Source: Bacilli bacterium | GTDB lineage: Bacteria; Bacillota_I; Bacilli_A; ML615J-28; CAG-313 | Assembly: GCA_045652765.1 (NCBI GenBank) | Contig: JAZOLG010000041.1 | Location: 7,310-71,309, forward strand | Direction: 5' to 3' | DNA: 64,000 nt | Shown here: in pieces, positions 27,471 to 38,287 of the stretch | How positions within the stretch are numbered: position 1 is the stretch's first letter | Layout of the letters: each line of letters begins with the position of its first letter | Notes under the pieces: generated by a model | Told to the model about the DNA's origin: nothing | The model's database searches: none | What the model saw: the letters and a program-made list of their open reading frames with translations, nothing else | Position numbers and translations under genes: made by a program

Positions 27471-28727
27471 ATGGAAGAGTTATATAAAAATGAGTTACAA
27501 ATTTTAAAGGATTTTGCTAATAAAGAACAATATGTACCACTTAGCAAGATTATGGAAGTATTTCAAAACCCAAGTGAAGAATTACTTGATGATATTGTTA
27601 AGTATTTAGAAAATGAAGGTATTGAAATTACTCGTGAAAGCGAAGAATTACCTGATGATGAACTATTGGTGGAAAAAGTAGATGATGATTTTGAAGGATT
27701 TGGTGATGAAATCGAATTTGATGAAGAATTAGTTGAATTAGCTGCAGTGGTTGAAAGTGAAATCAAAGTAGCTGACTTTGATGATTTTGTTTCTTCATCA
27801 CATCAAGCTGATGATCCGGTAAAAATGTATTTACGTGATATAGGTCAAGTAGAATTACTTACTATAACACAAGAATCAGAATTTGCAAGAACAGTTCAAG
27901 AAGGGATAGCCTCTAAAGAAAAAATTGAAGCTTTTCAAAAAATGAATAAACCAATTTCATATGAAGAAATGATGAAGTTACAAGAGAAAATCGAACAAGG
28001 TGATCAAGCTCGTGATATTTTAATTGAATCTAATCTTCGCTTAGTAGTTTCAATTGCAAAAAGATATTTAGGACGTGGTTTGCCACTACTTGATTTAATT
28101 CAAGAAGGTAATATGGGTCTTATTAAAGCTGTTTACAAATTTGATCCTACTAAAGGTTTCAAATTTTCAACATATGCAACTTGGTGGATTCGTCAATCAA
28201 TTACTCGTGCGATAGCTGACCAAGGTAGAACTATTCGTATTCCTGTACATATGGTTGAAACTATTAATAAATTAATGAGAATTACTCGTAAATTAACACA
28301 AGAAAAACATCGTGAACCTACACCAGAAGAAATTGCTGCTGAAATGAAGATTAGCGTTGAAAAAGTTCAACAAATTCAAAAAATTAATCAAGAACCATCT
28401 TCTTTAGACGCAACAGTTGGTGAAGAAGAAGATACAAATCTTGGGGACTTTATTGCTGATACTGAAATTCAAAATCCTCTTGAGTTTACTCAAGATCAAA
28501 TTTATCGCGAAGAAATTGAAGCTGTATTACAAACATTAACTCCTCGTGAAGAAAAAGTAATTCGTTTAAGATATGGCTTAGATGATAATCGTGCAAGAAC
28601 TCTTGAAGAAGTTGGTAAAGCTTTTAATGTTACGCGTGAACGTATTCGTCAAATTGAAGCTAAAGCTCTTAGAAGATTACGTCATCCTACTAGATTAAAA
28701 AGACTTCAACAACATCGTAATAAATAA
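27471..28727 (+). CDS. rpoD: Primary sigma factor SigA/RpoD
   Basis: [39 protein letters not shown]. Confidence 0.97.
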   Translation: MEELYKNELQILKDFANKEQYVPLSKIMEVFQNPSEELLDDIVKYLENEGIEITRESEELPDDELLVEKVDDDFEGFGDEIEFDEELVELAAVVESEIKVADFDDFVSSSHQADDPVKMYLRDIGQVELLTITQESEFARTVQEGIASKEKIEAFQKMNKPISYEEMMKLQEKIEQGDQARDILIESNLRLVVSIAKRYLGRGLPLLDLIQEGNMGLIKAVYKFDPTKGFKFSTYATWWIRQSITRAIADQGRTIRIPVHMVETINKLMRITRKLTQEKHREPTPEEIAAEMKISVEKVQQIQKINQEPSSLDATVGEEEDTNLGDFIADTEIQNPLEFTQDQIYREEIEAVLQTLTPREEKVIRLRYGLDDNRARTLEEVGKAFNVTRERIRQIEAKALRRLRHPTRLKRLQQHRNK

Positions 28728-29380
28728 TGATTTTATCTAAAAGATTACAAAAGGTTCTTGAATTTGTTGATGCATCTGATAAAGTTGCTGATATAGGTGC
28801 AGATCATGGATATTTAACAATTGCTATGCGAGAAAAAGGTGTTGATTTTCTTCAAGTAGTAGAAAATAAAATAGGTCCATTAAATCGTGCTAAACAAAAT
28901 TTAATGGACTATGATAATATTATATTTAGTTTGTCTGATGGTATAAGTGATTTGAATTCATCTATTGATACAGTAACTATTTGCGGTATGGGTGGATTGA
29001 ATATTGTGGAAATATTAGAAAATCATCTAGATGTTGCAAAAAAACTTCATAAGATAATTATGCAAGCTAATTCGAAAACATTTGAATTACGAGAATTCTT
29101 AACTTCAAATGGCTTTGAAATTATTGATGAAGACATTGTAGATGATGGAGATAAGTATTATGAAATTATAGTTTCAAAGTATACTGGTAATAATAGTTCA
29201 CTTTTGTATCATGAATTACTATTTGGTCCGATATTGTTAAATAAAAAAACTGATACTTTTATTTCATATTATTTCGGATTAAAACAAAATATCTTAGACA
29301 TTCTATCAAAAAATGAAAATCGTGAAATGTTAGAACTTTATAAAAAACTACAATTAATCGAAAAATATGTATTGGGGTGA
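28727..29380 (+). CDS. trmK: tRNA (adenine22-N1)-methyltransferase
   Basis: ADIGADHGYL, SDG, ICGMGG; sigA-trmK synteny. Confidence 0.92.
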   Translation: MILSKRLQKVLEFVDASDKVADIGADHGYLTIAMREKGVDFLQVVENKIGPLNRAKQNLMDYDNIIFSLSDGISDLNSSIDTVTICGMGGLNIVEILENHLDVAKKLHKIIMQANSKTFELREFLTSNGFEIIDEDIVDDGDKYYEIIVSKYTGNNSSLLYHELLFGPILLNKKTDTFISYYFGLKQNILDILSKNENREMLELYKKLQLIEKYVLG

Positions 29381-29382
29381 AA

Positions 29383-30162
29383 ATGATGCTATTAGTTAAA
29401 GATATTTTAAATTATATTAATCAATTATATCCTCTTGTAAATTCTCATAGTTTTGATAATGGTAAAGTAGGTTTACAATTTGGTAATCCTGACAAAGTTG
29501 TCAATAAAATTATGTTATGTTTAGATACAACTGAAGAAGTAATTGATAAAGCAATTAAAGAACATGTTAATTTAATTATTTCACATCATCCATTTATGTT
29601 TTCACCACTTTTAAATTTGGATTATCGTACTAATTTTGGTAGAAAATTACAAAAAGTAATAAAAAATGATATTAATATTATGGCATTCCATACTAATTTT
29701 GATGTTGGTTTAGATGGAATGAATGACGTGCTAGCTAAAAAATTAGAACTTTCTAATATTCATTTTTTAACTGAGGAGATTTGTCAAGATTCTTTAATTC
29801 GTGTAGGAAATGTTAAACCGATGAAATTATTAGAATTTTGTTATTATGTTAAAGAAAAATTTGAAATTGATAATTTGCGAGTTGTTGGAAATTTAGATAA
29901 AGTTATTGAAACAGTTTCTATTGTAGGTGGATCAGGTTCTAGTGAATTTAATGATGCTTTAAGAGTATCTGATGTATTTATTACTGGGCAAATACCTCAT
30001 CATTTGGGAATTGAAGCAATAGAAAATGATTTTTGTTTAATTGAAGTTTCACATGCTATTGAGTTTTACGGTTTAAAAATGATTAAGTCAAAATTAGAAG
30101 AAAAGTTTAATGTTGAAATTGAAATATCAACAACTAATTTTGATCCATTTAAGACTATATAA
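29383..30162 (+). CDS. Nif3-like dinuclear metal centre protein (YqfO)
   Basis: DNGKVGLQFG, IISHHPFMF, HTNFD, FITG, HAIE. Confidence 0.9.
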   Translation: MMLLVKDILNYINQLYPLVNSHSFDNGKVGLQFGNPDKVVNKIMLCLDTTEEVIDKAIKEHVNLIISHHPFMFSPLLNLDYRTNFGRKLQKVIKNDINIMAFHTNFDVGLDGMNDVLAKKLELSNIHFLTEEICQDSLIRVGNVKPMKLLEFCYYVKEKFEIDNLRVVGNLDKVIETVSIVGGSGSSEFNDALRVSDVFITGQIPHHLGIEAIENDFCLIEVSHAIEFYGLKMIKSKLEEKFNVEIEISTTNFDPFKTI

Positions 30163-30201
30163 AATAATAAAAGGTTAGCTTTAAGCTAACCTTTTATTAT
30201 T
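30163..30201. terminator. Bidirectional terminator
   Basis: Perfect 18-bp inverted repeat AATAATAAAAGGTTAGCT / AGCTAACCTTTTATTATT. Confidence 0.85.
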
Positions 30202-30367
30202 ATTCTTCTTCAATAGCTGCAACTGGGCAGTTTTCTTCGCAAACACCACAATCGATGCAAGCGTCAGCATCAATAACGTAGATATCGCCTTCTTTGATGC
30301 ATTCAACTGGGCAAGTAGAAGCACAACTTCCGCAAGCGATGCAGTTTTCATTAATTTTTCTTGGCAT
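30200..30367 (-). CDS. fdx: Clostridial-type 2[4Fe-4S] ferredoxin (55 aa, not in ORF track)
   Basis: Hand translation MPRKINENCIACGSCASTCPVECIKEGDIYVIDADACIDCGVCEENCPVAAIEEE; two CxxCxxCxxxCP motifs; SD AGGAGG. Confidence 0.95.
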   Translation of the reverse strand: MPRKINENCIACGSCASTCPVECIKEGDIYVIDADACIDCGVCEENCPVAAIEEE

Positions 30368-30516
30368 GTTGTAATTCCTCCTATGACTTATACATTTTAC
30401 ATCTAAATTATTTTTTTTTCAATTATATTGCGAATATTTTTTAATTTACTTGAAAAAAAACACCTTTTCGTGTATAATGTTAATAAGTATATATAATAAT
30501 GAAAGGAGTAACTAAT

Positions 30517-30732
30517 ATGCCTTGGTGGGTAGGTTTAATTATTGGTATAGTTTGTTTAATAGGAGGAGCTATCGCAGGATTTTTTATTGCTCGTAAGATT
30601 TTTGCAAAGCAACTTGAAAAAAATCCTCCAATTACACGTGATATGATTCGTGCGATGTTCATGCAAATGGGACGTAAACCATCTGAATCAGATATCAATC
30701 GTGTTATGGCGTCTATGAAAACTTCAAAATAA
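30517..30732 (+). CDS. yneF: YneF family small membrane protein
   Basis: TM + KNPPITRDMIRAMFMQMGRKPSE; promoter TTGAAA-17-TATAAT at 30450-30478. Confidence 0.9.
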   Translation: MPWWVGLIIGIVCLIGGAIAGFFIARKIFAKQLEKNPPITRDMIRAMFMQMGRKPSESDINRVMASMKTSK

Positions 30733-30768
30733 AATAGTAGGATGAACTTTGGTTCAACCTACTATTTT
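30731..30768. terminator. Bidirectional terminator
   Basis: AAAATAGTAGG.TGAAC / GTTCA.CCTACTATTTT. Confidence 0.8.
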
Positions 30769-31424
30769 TTATTTTTAATATTATTTTTTTCTAATTCTGT
30801 TTTGTTTATTCTAGATTCTGTCCCATTTATTAGTCTTTTAATGTTTTTACCATGATCTATAAAAATGATAATCATAACTATTCCACTAAAAATAGTAAAA
30901 ATCATATCTGGAACCTTTGTAATTAATGGTCCAATAAAAAAAGAACTAATAAAAACACATGTAATTGATATTATAGATGAAAGGGAAACTATTTTAGTAG
31001 ATAAGAATACTATTAAGAAAACAGCAAGTTCAATTAAAAAGCAAATTGGTGAAAAAGATAGTAAAATACCTGTTGTACAAGCAACACCTTTACCACCTTT
31101 GAAATTAGCAAAAATTGGAAAAATGTGCCCAATGATTGCGGCTAGACCAAAGTAAAGTGGGTGTAAATGTGGTATTATTGAACAATCTATAATGTTATAA
31201 GTAAATAAAATTACTAATACACTCGCTTTTAAGGCATCAAGAAGGAAAACAAGTGCAGCATAACGTACACCTAGAACTCGTAAAGTGTTTGTCGCACCCA
31301 TGTTTTTGCTGCCATAGTTTCTGATGTCTTTTTTAAAAAACACTTTGCTGATAATTAATGCATTAGGAATCGAACCTAATAAATAAGCCAAAACTAATAA
31401 TAAAATTTCACATATAATGGTCAT
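30762..31424 (-). CDS. plsY: Glycerol-3-phosphate acyltransferase PlsY
   Basis: YLLGSIP, GSKNMGATN, GHIFP, FKGGKGVA; divergent from parE. Confidence 0.95.
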   Translation of the reverse strand: MTIICEILLLVLAYLLGSIPNALIISKVFFKKDIRNYGSKNMGATNTLRVLGVRYAALVFLLDALKASVLVILFTYNIIDCSIIPHLHPLYFGLAAIIGHIFPIFANFKGGKGVACTTGILLSFSPICFLIELAVFLIVFLSTKIVSLSSIISITCVFISSFFIGPLITKVPDMIFTIFSGIVMIIIFIDHGKNIKRLINGTESRINKTELEKNNIKNKK

Positions 31425-31550
31425 AAAATACCTCACTTGTATAGTATATCATAATTCAAATAAAAATTAAAATCAAATGATAATCAAAAACATAAAGTGA
31501 CAATTATATAGGCAATAAGGACATTTTTTTAAAAAAATAAGTTTTTTTAT

Positions 31551-31579
31551 TTGCCAAATTTTAACAAATATGATATAAT
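31551..31579 (+). promoter_or_regulatory. SigA promoter of parE-parC
   Basis: TTGCCA-17-TGnTATAAT. Confidence 0.75.
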
Positions 31580-31619
31580 AAGAATAATAAGAGAAAAAAT
31601 AAAATAGGAGGAAGGTAAA

Positions 31620-33569
31620 ATGGCTGGAAAAACACCTGTTTATGATGAGTCATCGATTCAAGTCTTAGAGGGACTAGAGGCAGTAAGAAAAAGACCAGGG
31701 ATGTATATTGGATCAACAGATTCAAGAGGTTTGCATCATTTAGTATGGGAAATTGTCGATAATGCTATTGACGAAGCACTTGCAGGATTTGGAACTCAAG
31801 TAGTTGTTCAAATTAATCCGGATAATTCAGTTGTCGTTGTTGATAATGGCCGTGGTATTCCTACTGGTAAACATAAAAGTAATGGTTTGCCAACTCCACA
31901 AGTTATTTTTAACACACTACATGCTGGGGGTAAATTTGACGAATCTGGTGGTTATAAAGTTTCTGGGGGGTTACACGGTGTAGGTTCATCTGTAGTTAAT
32001 GCACTTAGTGAATATTTGGAAGTAACAATTCACCGTGATGGAAAAATCTATTATCAACGTTTTTTAAATGGTGGTAAAACAATTGAGAAACCAAAATGGA
32101 TGGGCGATACTAGACGTACTGGTACGATTATTAAATTTAAACCAGATAGTAGAATCTTTTCTACGACTATTTTTGATTATAAAACAATAGCTAAAAGATT
32201 AAAAGAATCTGCATTCTTAATTAAAGGCTTAAGAATTGACTTAGTAGATAAAAGAACAGATAAAAGTGAAACATTCAAATATGAAGATGGAATTGTAGAA
32301 TTTGTTAAAACTTTAACTGCAGGTAAGGAAGTAATTCATCAACCAACATTCTTTGTAGGTGAAAACACGGGTATTTATATTGAAGCTTCAATTCAATATT
32401 CTTCAAAAACATATCAAGAAAATATATTGTCATTTGTTAATAATATTAGAACTAACGATGGTGGTACACATGAAATTGGATTTAGAACGGCTATTACTAA
32501 AGCAGTAAATGACCATGCCAGATTGATTGGGGCATTAAAAGAAAAAGATCCAAACTTAGAAGGTGCCGATATTCGTGAAGGTTTAACTGGTGTAATTTCT
32601 GTTCGTATTCCAGAAGCAATTTTACAATTTGAAGGACAAACAAAAAATAAATTAGGTTCACCTCAGGCCAAAACTGCTGTTGAAACAGTAATTGGTGAAA
32701 AAATGAAGTTTTTCCTTTCTGAAAATGGTGATATTGCACAAATAATTGTAAATAACGCGATCAAAGCTTCAAAAGCACGTGAAGCTGCACGTAAAGCACG
32801 TGATGATATGCGTAAAGTTAAACAAATTATTTCTAAACCTACTAACTTATTAGGAAAGCTTACTCCAGCACAAGGAAATAATTCTAAAATAAATGAATTA
32901 TTCTTAGTTGAAGGGGATTCTGCCGGTGGTTCTGCAAAACAAGGACGTGACAGAATGTTCCAAGCAGTGCTTCCTTTAAGAGGTAAAGTAATTAATTCTG
33001 AAAAAACTAGATTAGAAGAATTAATGAAAAATGAAGAAATTGCAATGATTGTTAGTGCATTAGGTGCTGGAGTCGGCGATGATTTCGATATTACAAAGTT
33101 GAATTACAATCGTGTTATTATTATGACTGACGCTGATACCGATGGAGCACACATTCAAGTTTTATTATTAACATTCTTCTATCGTTTTATGACAGAATTA
33201 GTCGAACAAGGTCATGTTTATATCGCAACTCCACCGCTTTATAAAATTTCTTATAAAAATACTGTTGAATACGCATGGACTGATTCAGAACTTCGTGATA
33301 AAATTGGTAACCAAAGAAATGTTACAATTCAACGTTATAAAGGGTTAGGTGAAATGAACGCAGACCAATTGTGGGAAACAACAATGAATCCTGCTAAACG
33401 TACTTTAATCCAAGTTTCTATAGGTGAGGCAGCAGCTGCTGATGACCATATTAGTATTTTAATGGGTGATGATGTTGAACCAAGACGTGAATGGATTGAA
33501 AATCATGTTATATTTGACACAGTAGATAGCTTTGTTTTAGATGATGTGGAGGCAAATGAAGATGAATAG
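31620..33569 (+). CDS. parE: DNA topoisomerase IV subunit B
   Basis: GHKL ATPase, [16 protein letters not shown]-terminal RREWIENHV; plsY-parE-parC synteny. Confidence 0.92.
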   Translation: MAGKTPVYDESSIQVLEGLEAVRKRPGMYIGSTDSRGLHHLVWEIVDNAIDEALAGFGTQVVVQINPDNSVVVVDNGRGIPTGKHKSNGLPTPQVIFNTLHAGGKFDESGGYKVSGGLHGVGSSVVNALSEYLEVTIHRDGKIYYQRFLNGGKTIEKPKWMGDTRRTGTIIKFKPDSRIFSTTIFDYKTIAKRLKESAFLIKGLRIDLVDKRTDKSETFKYEDGIVEFVKTLTAGKEVIHQPTFFVGENTGIYIEASIQYSSKTYQENILSFVNNIRTNDGGTHEIGFRTAITKAVNDHARLIGALKEKDPNLEGADIREGLTGVISVRIPEAILQFEGQTKNKLGSPQAKTAVETVIGEKMKFFLSENGDIAQIIVNNAIKASKAREAARKARDDMRKVKQIISKPTNLLGKLTPAQGNNSKINELFLVEGDSAGGSAKQGRDRMFQAVLPLRGKVINSEKTRLEELMKNEEIAMIVSALGAGVGDDFDITKLNYNRVIIMTDADTDGAHIQVLLLTFFYRFMTELVEQGHVYIATPPLYKISYKNTVEYAWTDSELRDKIGNQRNVTIQRYKGLGEMNADQLWETTMNPAKRTLIQVSIGEAAAADDHISILMGDDVEPRREWIENHVIFDTVDSFVLDDVEANEDE

Positions 33570-36051
33570 TAAGAAAACTTTAAATAGTATTATTGACCAA
33601 TTTGCAACAGAAACATTATTAAAAGAAAATTTAGAAAAAATTGTTGGAGAACGTTTTGGCAGATATTCGAAGTATGTTATTCAAGAACGTGCTTTGCCTG
33701 ACATTCGTGATGGATTAAAACCAGTTCAAAGAAGAATTTTATATGCTTTATATAAATTAAAGATGTTCTCAGATAAACCATATAAAAAATCTGCTCGTTT
33801 AGTCGGTGAAGTAATTGGTAAATATCACCCACATGGTGATGCATCAGTTTATGATGCGGCTATTAGAATGAGCCAAGAATTCAAAACATTAGTTCCACTT
33901 ATTGATGTTCATGGAAATAATGGTAGTATTGATGGTGACCCTGCAGCGGCGATGCGTTATACAGAATGTCGTTTAAGTAAATACGCAGAACTATTATTAC
34001 AAGATTTAGATAAAAGAACAGTTGGACTTGTCCCAAATTTCGATGATGAAGAATTAGAACCAATTGTCCTTCCAGCTAAATTTCCTTGTATCTTAGTTAA
34101 TGGTTCAACAGGTATTTCGCCTGCTTATGCGACAGACATTCCACCGCATAATCCAGTTGAAGTAATGGATGCAGTTATTGCAAAAATTGATAATCCAAGA
34201 ATGACTATCGATGAATTGATGGAAATTATGAAAGGTCCAGATTTTCCTACCGGCGGTATAGTCCATGGTAAAGATGCAATAAAAACAGCTTTTGAAACAG
34301 GTCGTGGAAAAGTAGTTGTTCGTTCTAAAACAGAAATTGTTTCAGACAAAAATGAAAATAAAATCATTATTACCGAAATTCCATATGAAGTTAATAAATC
34401 TAAACTAGTACAAAAGATGAATGATATGCTTGTTCAAAAAGAAGTTGATGGGGTTAAGGCAATTCGCGATGAATCAGATAGACATGGTTTAAGAATTGTA
34501 GTAGATGTTCGCAAGGATGTTGACCCTGGAAAAATCTTGACTTTCTTATTTAAAACAACTGAATTACAAGCAAATTATAGTTATAACATGGTAGCAATTG
34601 CTAATGGTAGACCATGTGTTATGGGTGTATTAGATATTCTAGATGCTTACATTGCTCACCAAAAAGAAGTTATGACTAACAAGTGTAATTTTGAATTACA
34701 AAAAAATGAACGACGTCTTCATATTGTAGATGGTTTAATTAGTATGGTATCAATTTTGGATGCTGTTATTAAAACAATTCGAAATTCACAAAATAAACGT
34801 AATGCTAAAGAAAACATTATGGCTAATTACAATTTTACAGAAATTCAAGCTGAAGCAATTGTTAATTTACAATTATATCGTTTAACTAATACCGATATTT
34901 TTGAATTAAGAAAAGAAGCAAATGAATTAGAACAAAGTATTCGTAAACTTCGTCATATCTTAGATAGTGAAAGAGCGATGATGAAAGCTATTAAAGACGA
35001 AATCAATCAAACAAAAGAAGTACTTAATTTTGAACGAAAGACTATTGTTGAGGATGAAGTTGAAGAAGTTACAGTAGCTAAGGAAGAATTAATTTCTAAA
35101 GAAGATGCTATCATCATTATCACACATGAAGGTTATATTAAACGTATGACACGTAAAGCATATTCTGCTTTAAATATGAGTGAAGATCAACAAACTAAAA
35201 TTAAAGATGGCGATGTTATAAGCGATTTATATGAAGCCACTACTACAGATGTATTATTACAATTTACAGATCTTGGAAATTATGTTTATTTACCTGTACA
35301 CAGAATTCCTGAATGTAAACATAAAGATGTCGGAATTCATATTAGTACATTAATAGGCATGGAAAATAATGAAAAAGTCATTTTTTCAACTATTGTATCT
35401 GACTTCTCGCAAGATAAATATGTTTTGATTGCGACAAAAGATGGTTTAATTAAACGTATCAAACTTGAAAAGTTAGAAGTTAATAGATATTCAAAAGTAT
35501 TAAAAGCAACTAAATTACGTGATGGAGATAGAGTTGTATCGGCTGATATTTGTGAAGGACAAGATGTAGAGGTTGTCATTGCAACTAAAGAAGGCTATAT
35601 GAACCGTTATGATGCTTCTGAGATTAGTGTTATTGAACCAGCCTCTTTTGGTGTTAAATCAATTGAAATGAAGAGTCGTCCTAAAGATGAAGTTGTTTCT
35701 GCTAAATATGTTCGTGAAAAAGATATTATCTTGTTGTTAACAAATCGTGGTAATATCAAACGTATGCGTCCTGAAGAAATCTTAAAAGGAAAGAAAAACC
35801 ATGTAGGAAAGATGTACTTAAAAGTTGTACGTTCTAATTTACATGAAGCAATTCATATGGATGTTATTCATCATAAAAATGCTAATTCAAATGTTGATAA
35901 CTACATTATTACTGAAAAAGGTTCTGTTGTAATTGATTACACTGTATTAAGAATTGCGATTGCTGATAATGGTCGTAAGATGGTTCCAACAGATATGGGA
36001 ACACCTAAATCATTAGTCATTTATCGAAATAATAATGATCTGGAACTATAA
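33562..36051 (+). CDS. parC: DNA topoisomerase IV subunit A
   Basis: [28 protein letters not shown]; no GyrA-box seen; SD GGAGG supports ATG 33562. Confidence 0.92.
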   Translation: MNSKKTLNSIIDQFATETLLKENLEKIVGERFGRYSKYVIQERALPDIRDGLKPVQRRILYALYKLKMFSDKPYKKSARLVGEVIGKYHPHGDASVYDAAIRMSQEFKTLVPLIDVHGNNGSIDGDPAAAMRYTECRLSKYAELLLQDLDKRTVGLVPNFDDEELEPIVLPAKFPCILVNGSTGISPAYATDIPPHNPVEVMDAVIAKIDNPRMTIDELMEIMKGPDFPTGGIVHGKDAIKTAFETGRGKVVVRSKTEIVSDKNENKIIITEIPYEVNKSKLVQKMNDMLVQKEVDGVKAIRDESDRHGLRIVVDVRKDVDPGKILTFLFKTTELQANYSYNMVAIANGRPCVMGVLDILDAYIAHQKEVMTNKCNFELQKNERRLHIVDGLISMVSILDAVIKTIRNSQNKRNAKENIMANYNFTEIQAEAIVNLQLYRLTNTDIFELRKEANELEQSIRKLRHILDSERAMMKAIKDEINQTKEVLNFERKTIVEDEVEEVTVAKEELISKEDAIIIITHEGYIKRMTRKAYSALNMSEDQQTKIKDGDVISDLYEATTTDVLLQFTDLGNYVYLPVHRIPECKHKDVGIHISTLIGMENNEKVIFSTIVSDFSQDKYVLIATKDGLIKRIKLEKLEVNRYSKVLKATKLRDGDRVVSADICEGQDVEVVIATKEGYMNRYDASEISVIEPASFGVKSIEMKSRPKDEVVSAKYVREKDIILLLTNRGNIKRMRPEEILKGKKNHVGKMYLKVVRSNLHEAIHMDVIHHKNANSNVDNYIITEKGSVVIDYTVLRIAIADNGRKMVPTDMGTPKSLVIYRNNNDLEL

Positions 36052-36169
36052 AGAATAATTAAAATGGATTTCTATTGAAATCCATTTTATTAATTTAAAA
36101 AAAATTTTTTATATATTTGAAATTTGATAAGGATTATGATATAATGCTTAATTGATTGAGGTGTATATT

Positions 36170-38230
36170 ATGTTTAGAATTGCAATCGATGGACCTGCTG
36201 GAAGTGGCAAAAGTTCAATATCTAAAATTTTATGTAAAGAGTTAAATTTTCAACATATCGATACAGGTTCAATGTATCGTGCAATTACTTTAAAAGCTTT
36301 ACAATTAGGTATTAATCTTGAAAACGAAGATGAATATGATTTCCTTGAGACAACAAAGCTAGATATTCAAGAAGATAAAATTTTTATGGATGGAATAGAT
36401 GTGTCAAAAGATATTCGTTCAGTTGAAGTTACAACAAATGCATCTACACCTGCTAAATTAGGTCGAGTTCGTACTTTTTTAGTTGACATGCAAAGAGAAC
36501 TTGCTGGAACTAGAAACATAATTATGGATGGACGAGATATTGGAACGGTAGTTTTACCAAATGCAGAGTTGAAAATTTATTTAGATGCTTCACCTGAATG
36601 TCGTGCAATTCGCAGAATGAAAGAAAGAGAACTTGCTGGTATCGTAGTCCCTTTTGAAACAACACTTGAAGAAATTATAGTTAGAGATACCAAAGATTCT
36701 ACAAGAGCAATTAGTCCTCTTAAGAAAGCTGACGATGCGATCGTCATCGATTCATCAAATATGACTATTGAAGAAGTAGTACAAACAATTATTAGTTACA
36801 TGAATGAAAGGGTTAATAAGAAAATGAGTGAAAATTTAATTACTATTAAAGAAGGTCAAGAAGTTACAGGAGTTATTAATAACGTTAGTAAAGACGCTAT
36901 TTACCTTGAATTACCAAATGAGCAAAAAGGTGTTATTTACACTAATGACTTATCTGATTATGTAGAAGGTCAAAAATTAAGAGATTACTACTTCGAAGGT
37001 GGAGAATTTACAGCTTTAGTTAAACAAATAGCTAAAGATAAAAAAACTGATAAAAACTTATACATTTTATCAACAAAATTATATAAAGCTCGTACAGATT
37101 TAAAAGTATTTGATGAATTAAAAGAAAAAGATGAAATAATTAGTGCTAAAGTTATGTTTGTTAATCATGCTGGTGCAGACTTGCTTTACAAAAACCATAC
37201 AGATATTAAAGTTTTCTTACCACTTAAAAATGTTTATTTAAAAGAAGAAGCTTTACGTCAATTAAAAGGTCAAATGATCGATGTTGTTATTACTAATGTT
37301 GATCATGATGCTATCAAAGTTATTGTTTCTAACTCAGCTGCACAAGCAAAAATGAAAAAAGCTAGATTTGAAGCTGCTTATAATGCATTAGAATTAAATT
37401 CAGTAGTTGAAGGTGTTGTTGAATCTATTACTGATTTTGGTGCTTTTGTTAAACTTGGTGAAGTTTCAGCTTTATTACATCGCAATGAATTAGATCATAA
37501 AATGGTTAGAAATGTTAATGATTATTTAAAAGTTGGACAAACAGTTACTGCTAAAATTATTAAATTAGAAGAAGGCAAAGTTGGTTTATCATTAAAAGCT
37601 TTAAAATCTCATCCTTGGGATGTTTTAAATGAACAATTCCACGTTGGTGACGTATTTGAAGGTGAAGTTAAACAAATTATTCCTGCTGGTGTTCTTATTA
37701 AATTAACTGATGAATATGCTGGTTTAATGCCAAATGTTGAATATTCATGGCGTACTAATGAAAGAGTTGCTGATAATGTTAAAGAAGGAGACACTTTAAC
37801 TGTTAAAATTATGAATATTGATGCAGCCAAAAAACGTATTTCATTATCACATCGTGAAACTGTTGAAAACACTTGGAAAAATATTAATCTTCAAAAAGGT
37901 GCTGTAATTAATGTAGAAATTGCTAAAATTGAAGAAAAAGGTGCAGTTGTTAATTACGAAAATGTTTCTGGTTTCTTACCTGTAAATGAAGTTACTGAAG
38001 AAAAACGTATTGGTAAAGTTGATGAAGTTTATGCTATTGGCGAAAAAGTAGATGCAATGGTATTAGAATGTGATCCAGGTAAAGCTAAACTTGTAGTTAG
38101 TGTTAAGAAATTAGAAAACCAAAAAGAACGCGCTGAATTTGATAAATACTTCGAAAAACAAAAAGAAGAAACTCCTTCAACAACTTTTGCTGATTTATTA
38201 GGAGAATCTTTTAAAAAATTTGAAGAATAA
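36170..38230 (+). CDS. cmk-rpsA: Fusion: cytidylate kinase + ribosomal protein S1 (about five S1 repeats)
   Basis: IAIDGPAGSGKS, DGRDIG, RDTKD Cmk motifs in first ~218 aa, then S1 repeats (e.g. ITDFGAFVKL); continuous frame. Confidence 0.9.
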   Translation: MFRIAIDGPAGSGKSSISKILCKELNFQHIDTGSMYRAITLKALQLGINLENEDEYDFLETTKLDIQEDKIFMDGIDVSKDIRSVEVTTNASTPAKLGRVRTFLVDMQRELAGTRNIIMDGRDIGTVVLPNAELKIYLDASPECRAIRRMKERELAGIVVPFETTLEEIIVRDTKDSTRAISPLKKADDAIVIDSSNMTIEEVVQTIISYMNERVNKKMSENLITIKEGQEVTGVINNVSKDAIYLELPNEQKGVIYTNDLSDYVEGQKLRDYYFEGGEFTALVKQIAKDKKTDKNLYILSTKLYKARTDLKVFDELKEKDEIISAKVMFVNHAGADLLYKNHTDIKVFLPLKNVYLKEEALRQLKGQMIDVVITNVDHDAIKVIVSNSAAQAKMKKARFEAAYNALELNSVVEGVVESITDFGAFVKLGEVSALLHRNELDHKMVRNVNDYLKVGQTVTAKIIKLEEGKVGLSLKALKSHPWDVLNEQFHVGDVFEGEVKQIIPAGVLIKLTDEYAGLMPNVEYSWRTNERVADNVKEGDTLTVKIMNIDAAKKRISLSHRETVENTWKNINLQKGAVINVEIAKIEEKGAVVNYENVSGFLPVNEVTEEKRIGKVDEVYAIGEKVDAMVLECDPGKAKLVVSVKKLENQKERAEFDKYFEKQKEETPSTTFADLLGESFKKFEE

Positions 38231-38287
38231 TTACTAAAAGAAGATTTATCTTATTGATAAATCTTTCTTTATTAATAGGAGGTAAAA

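Noticed and set aside
31620-36051. Alternative call gyrB-gyrA
   Set aside because: ParC-type N-terminus (FGRYSKY..Q.RALPD), no GyrA-box seen, plsY-parE-parC synteny and terminus location favour Topo IV
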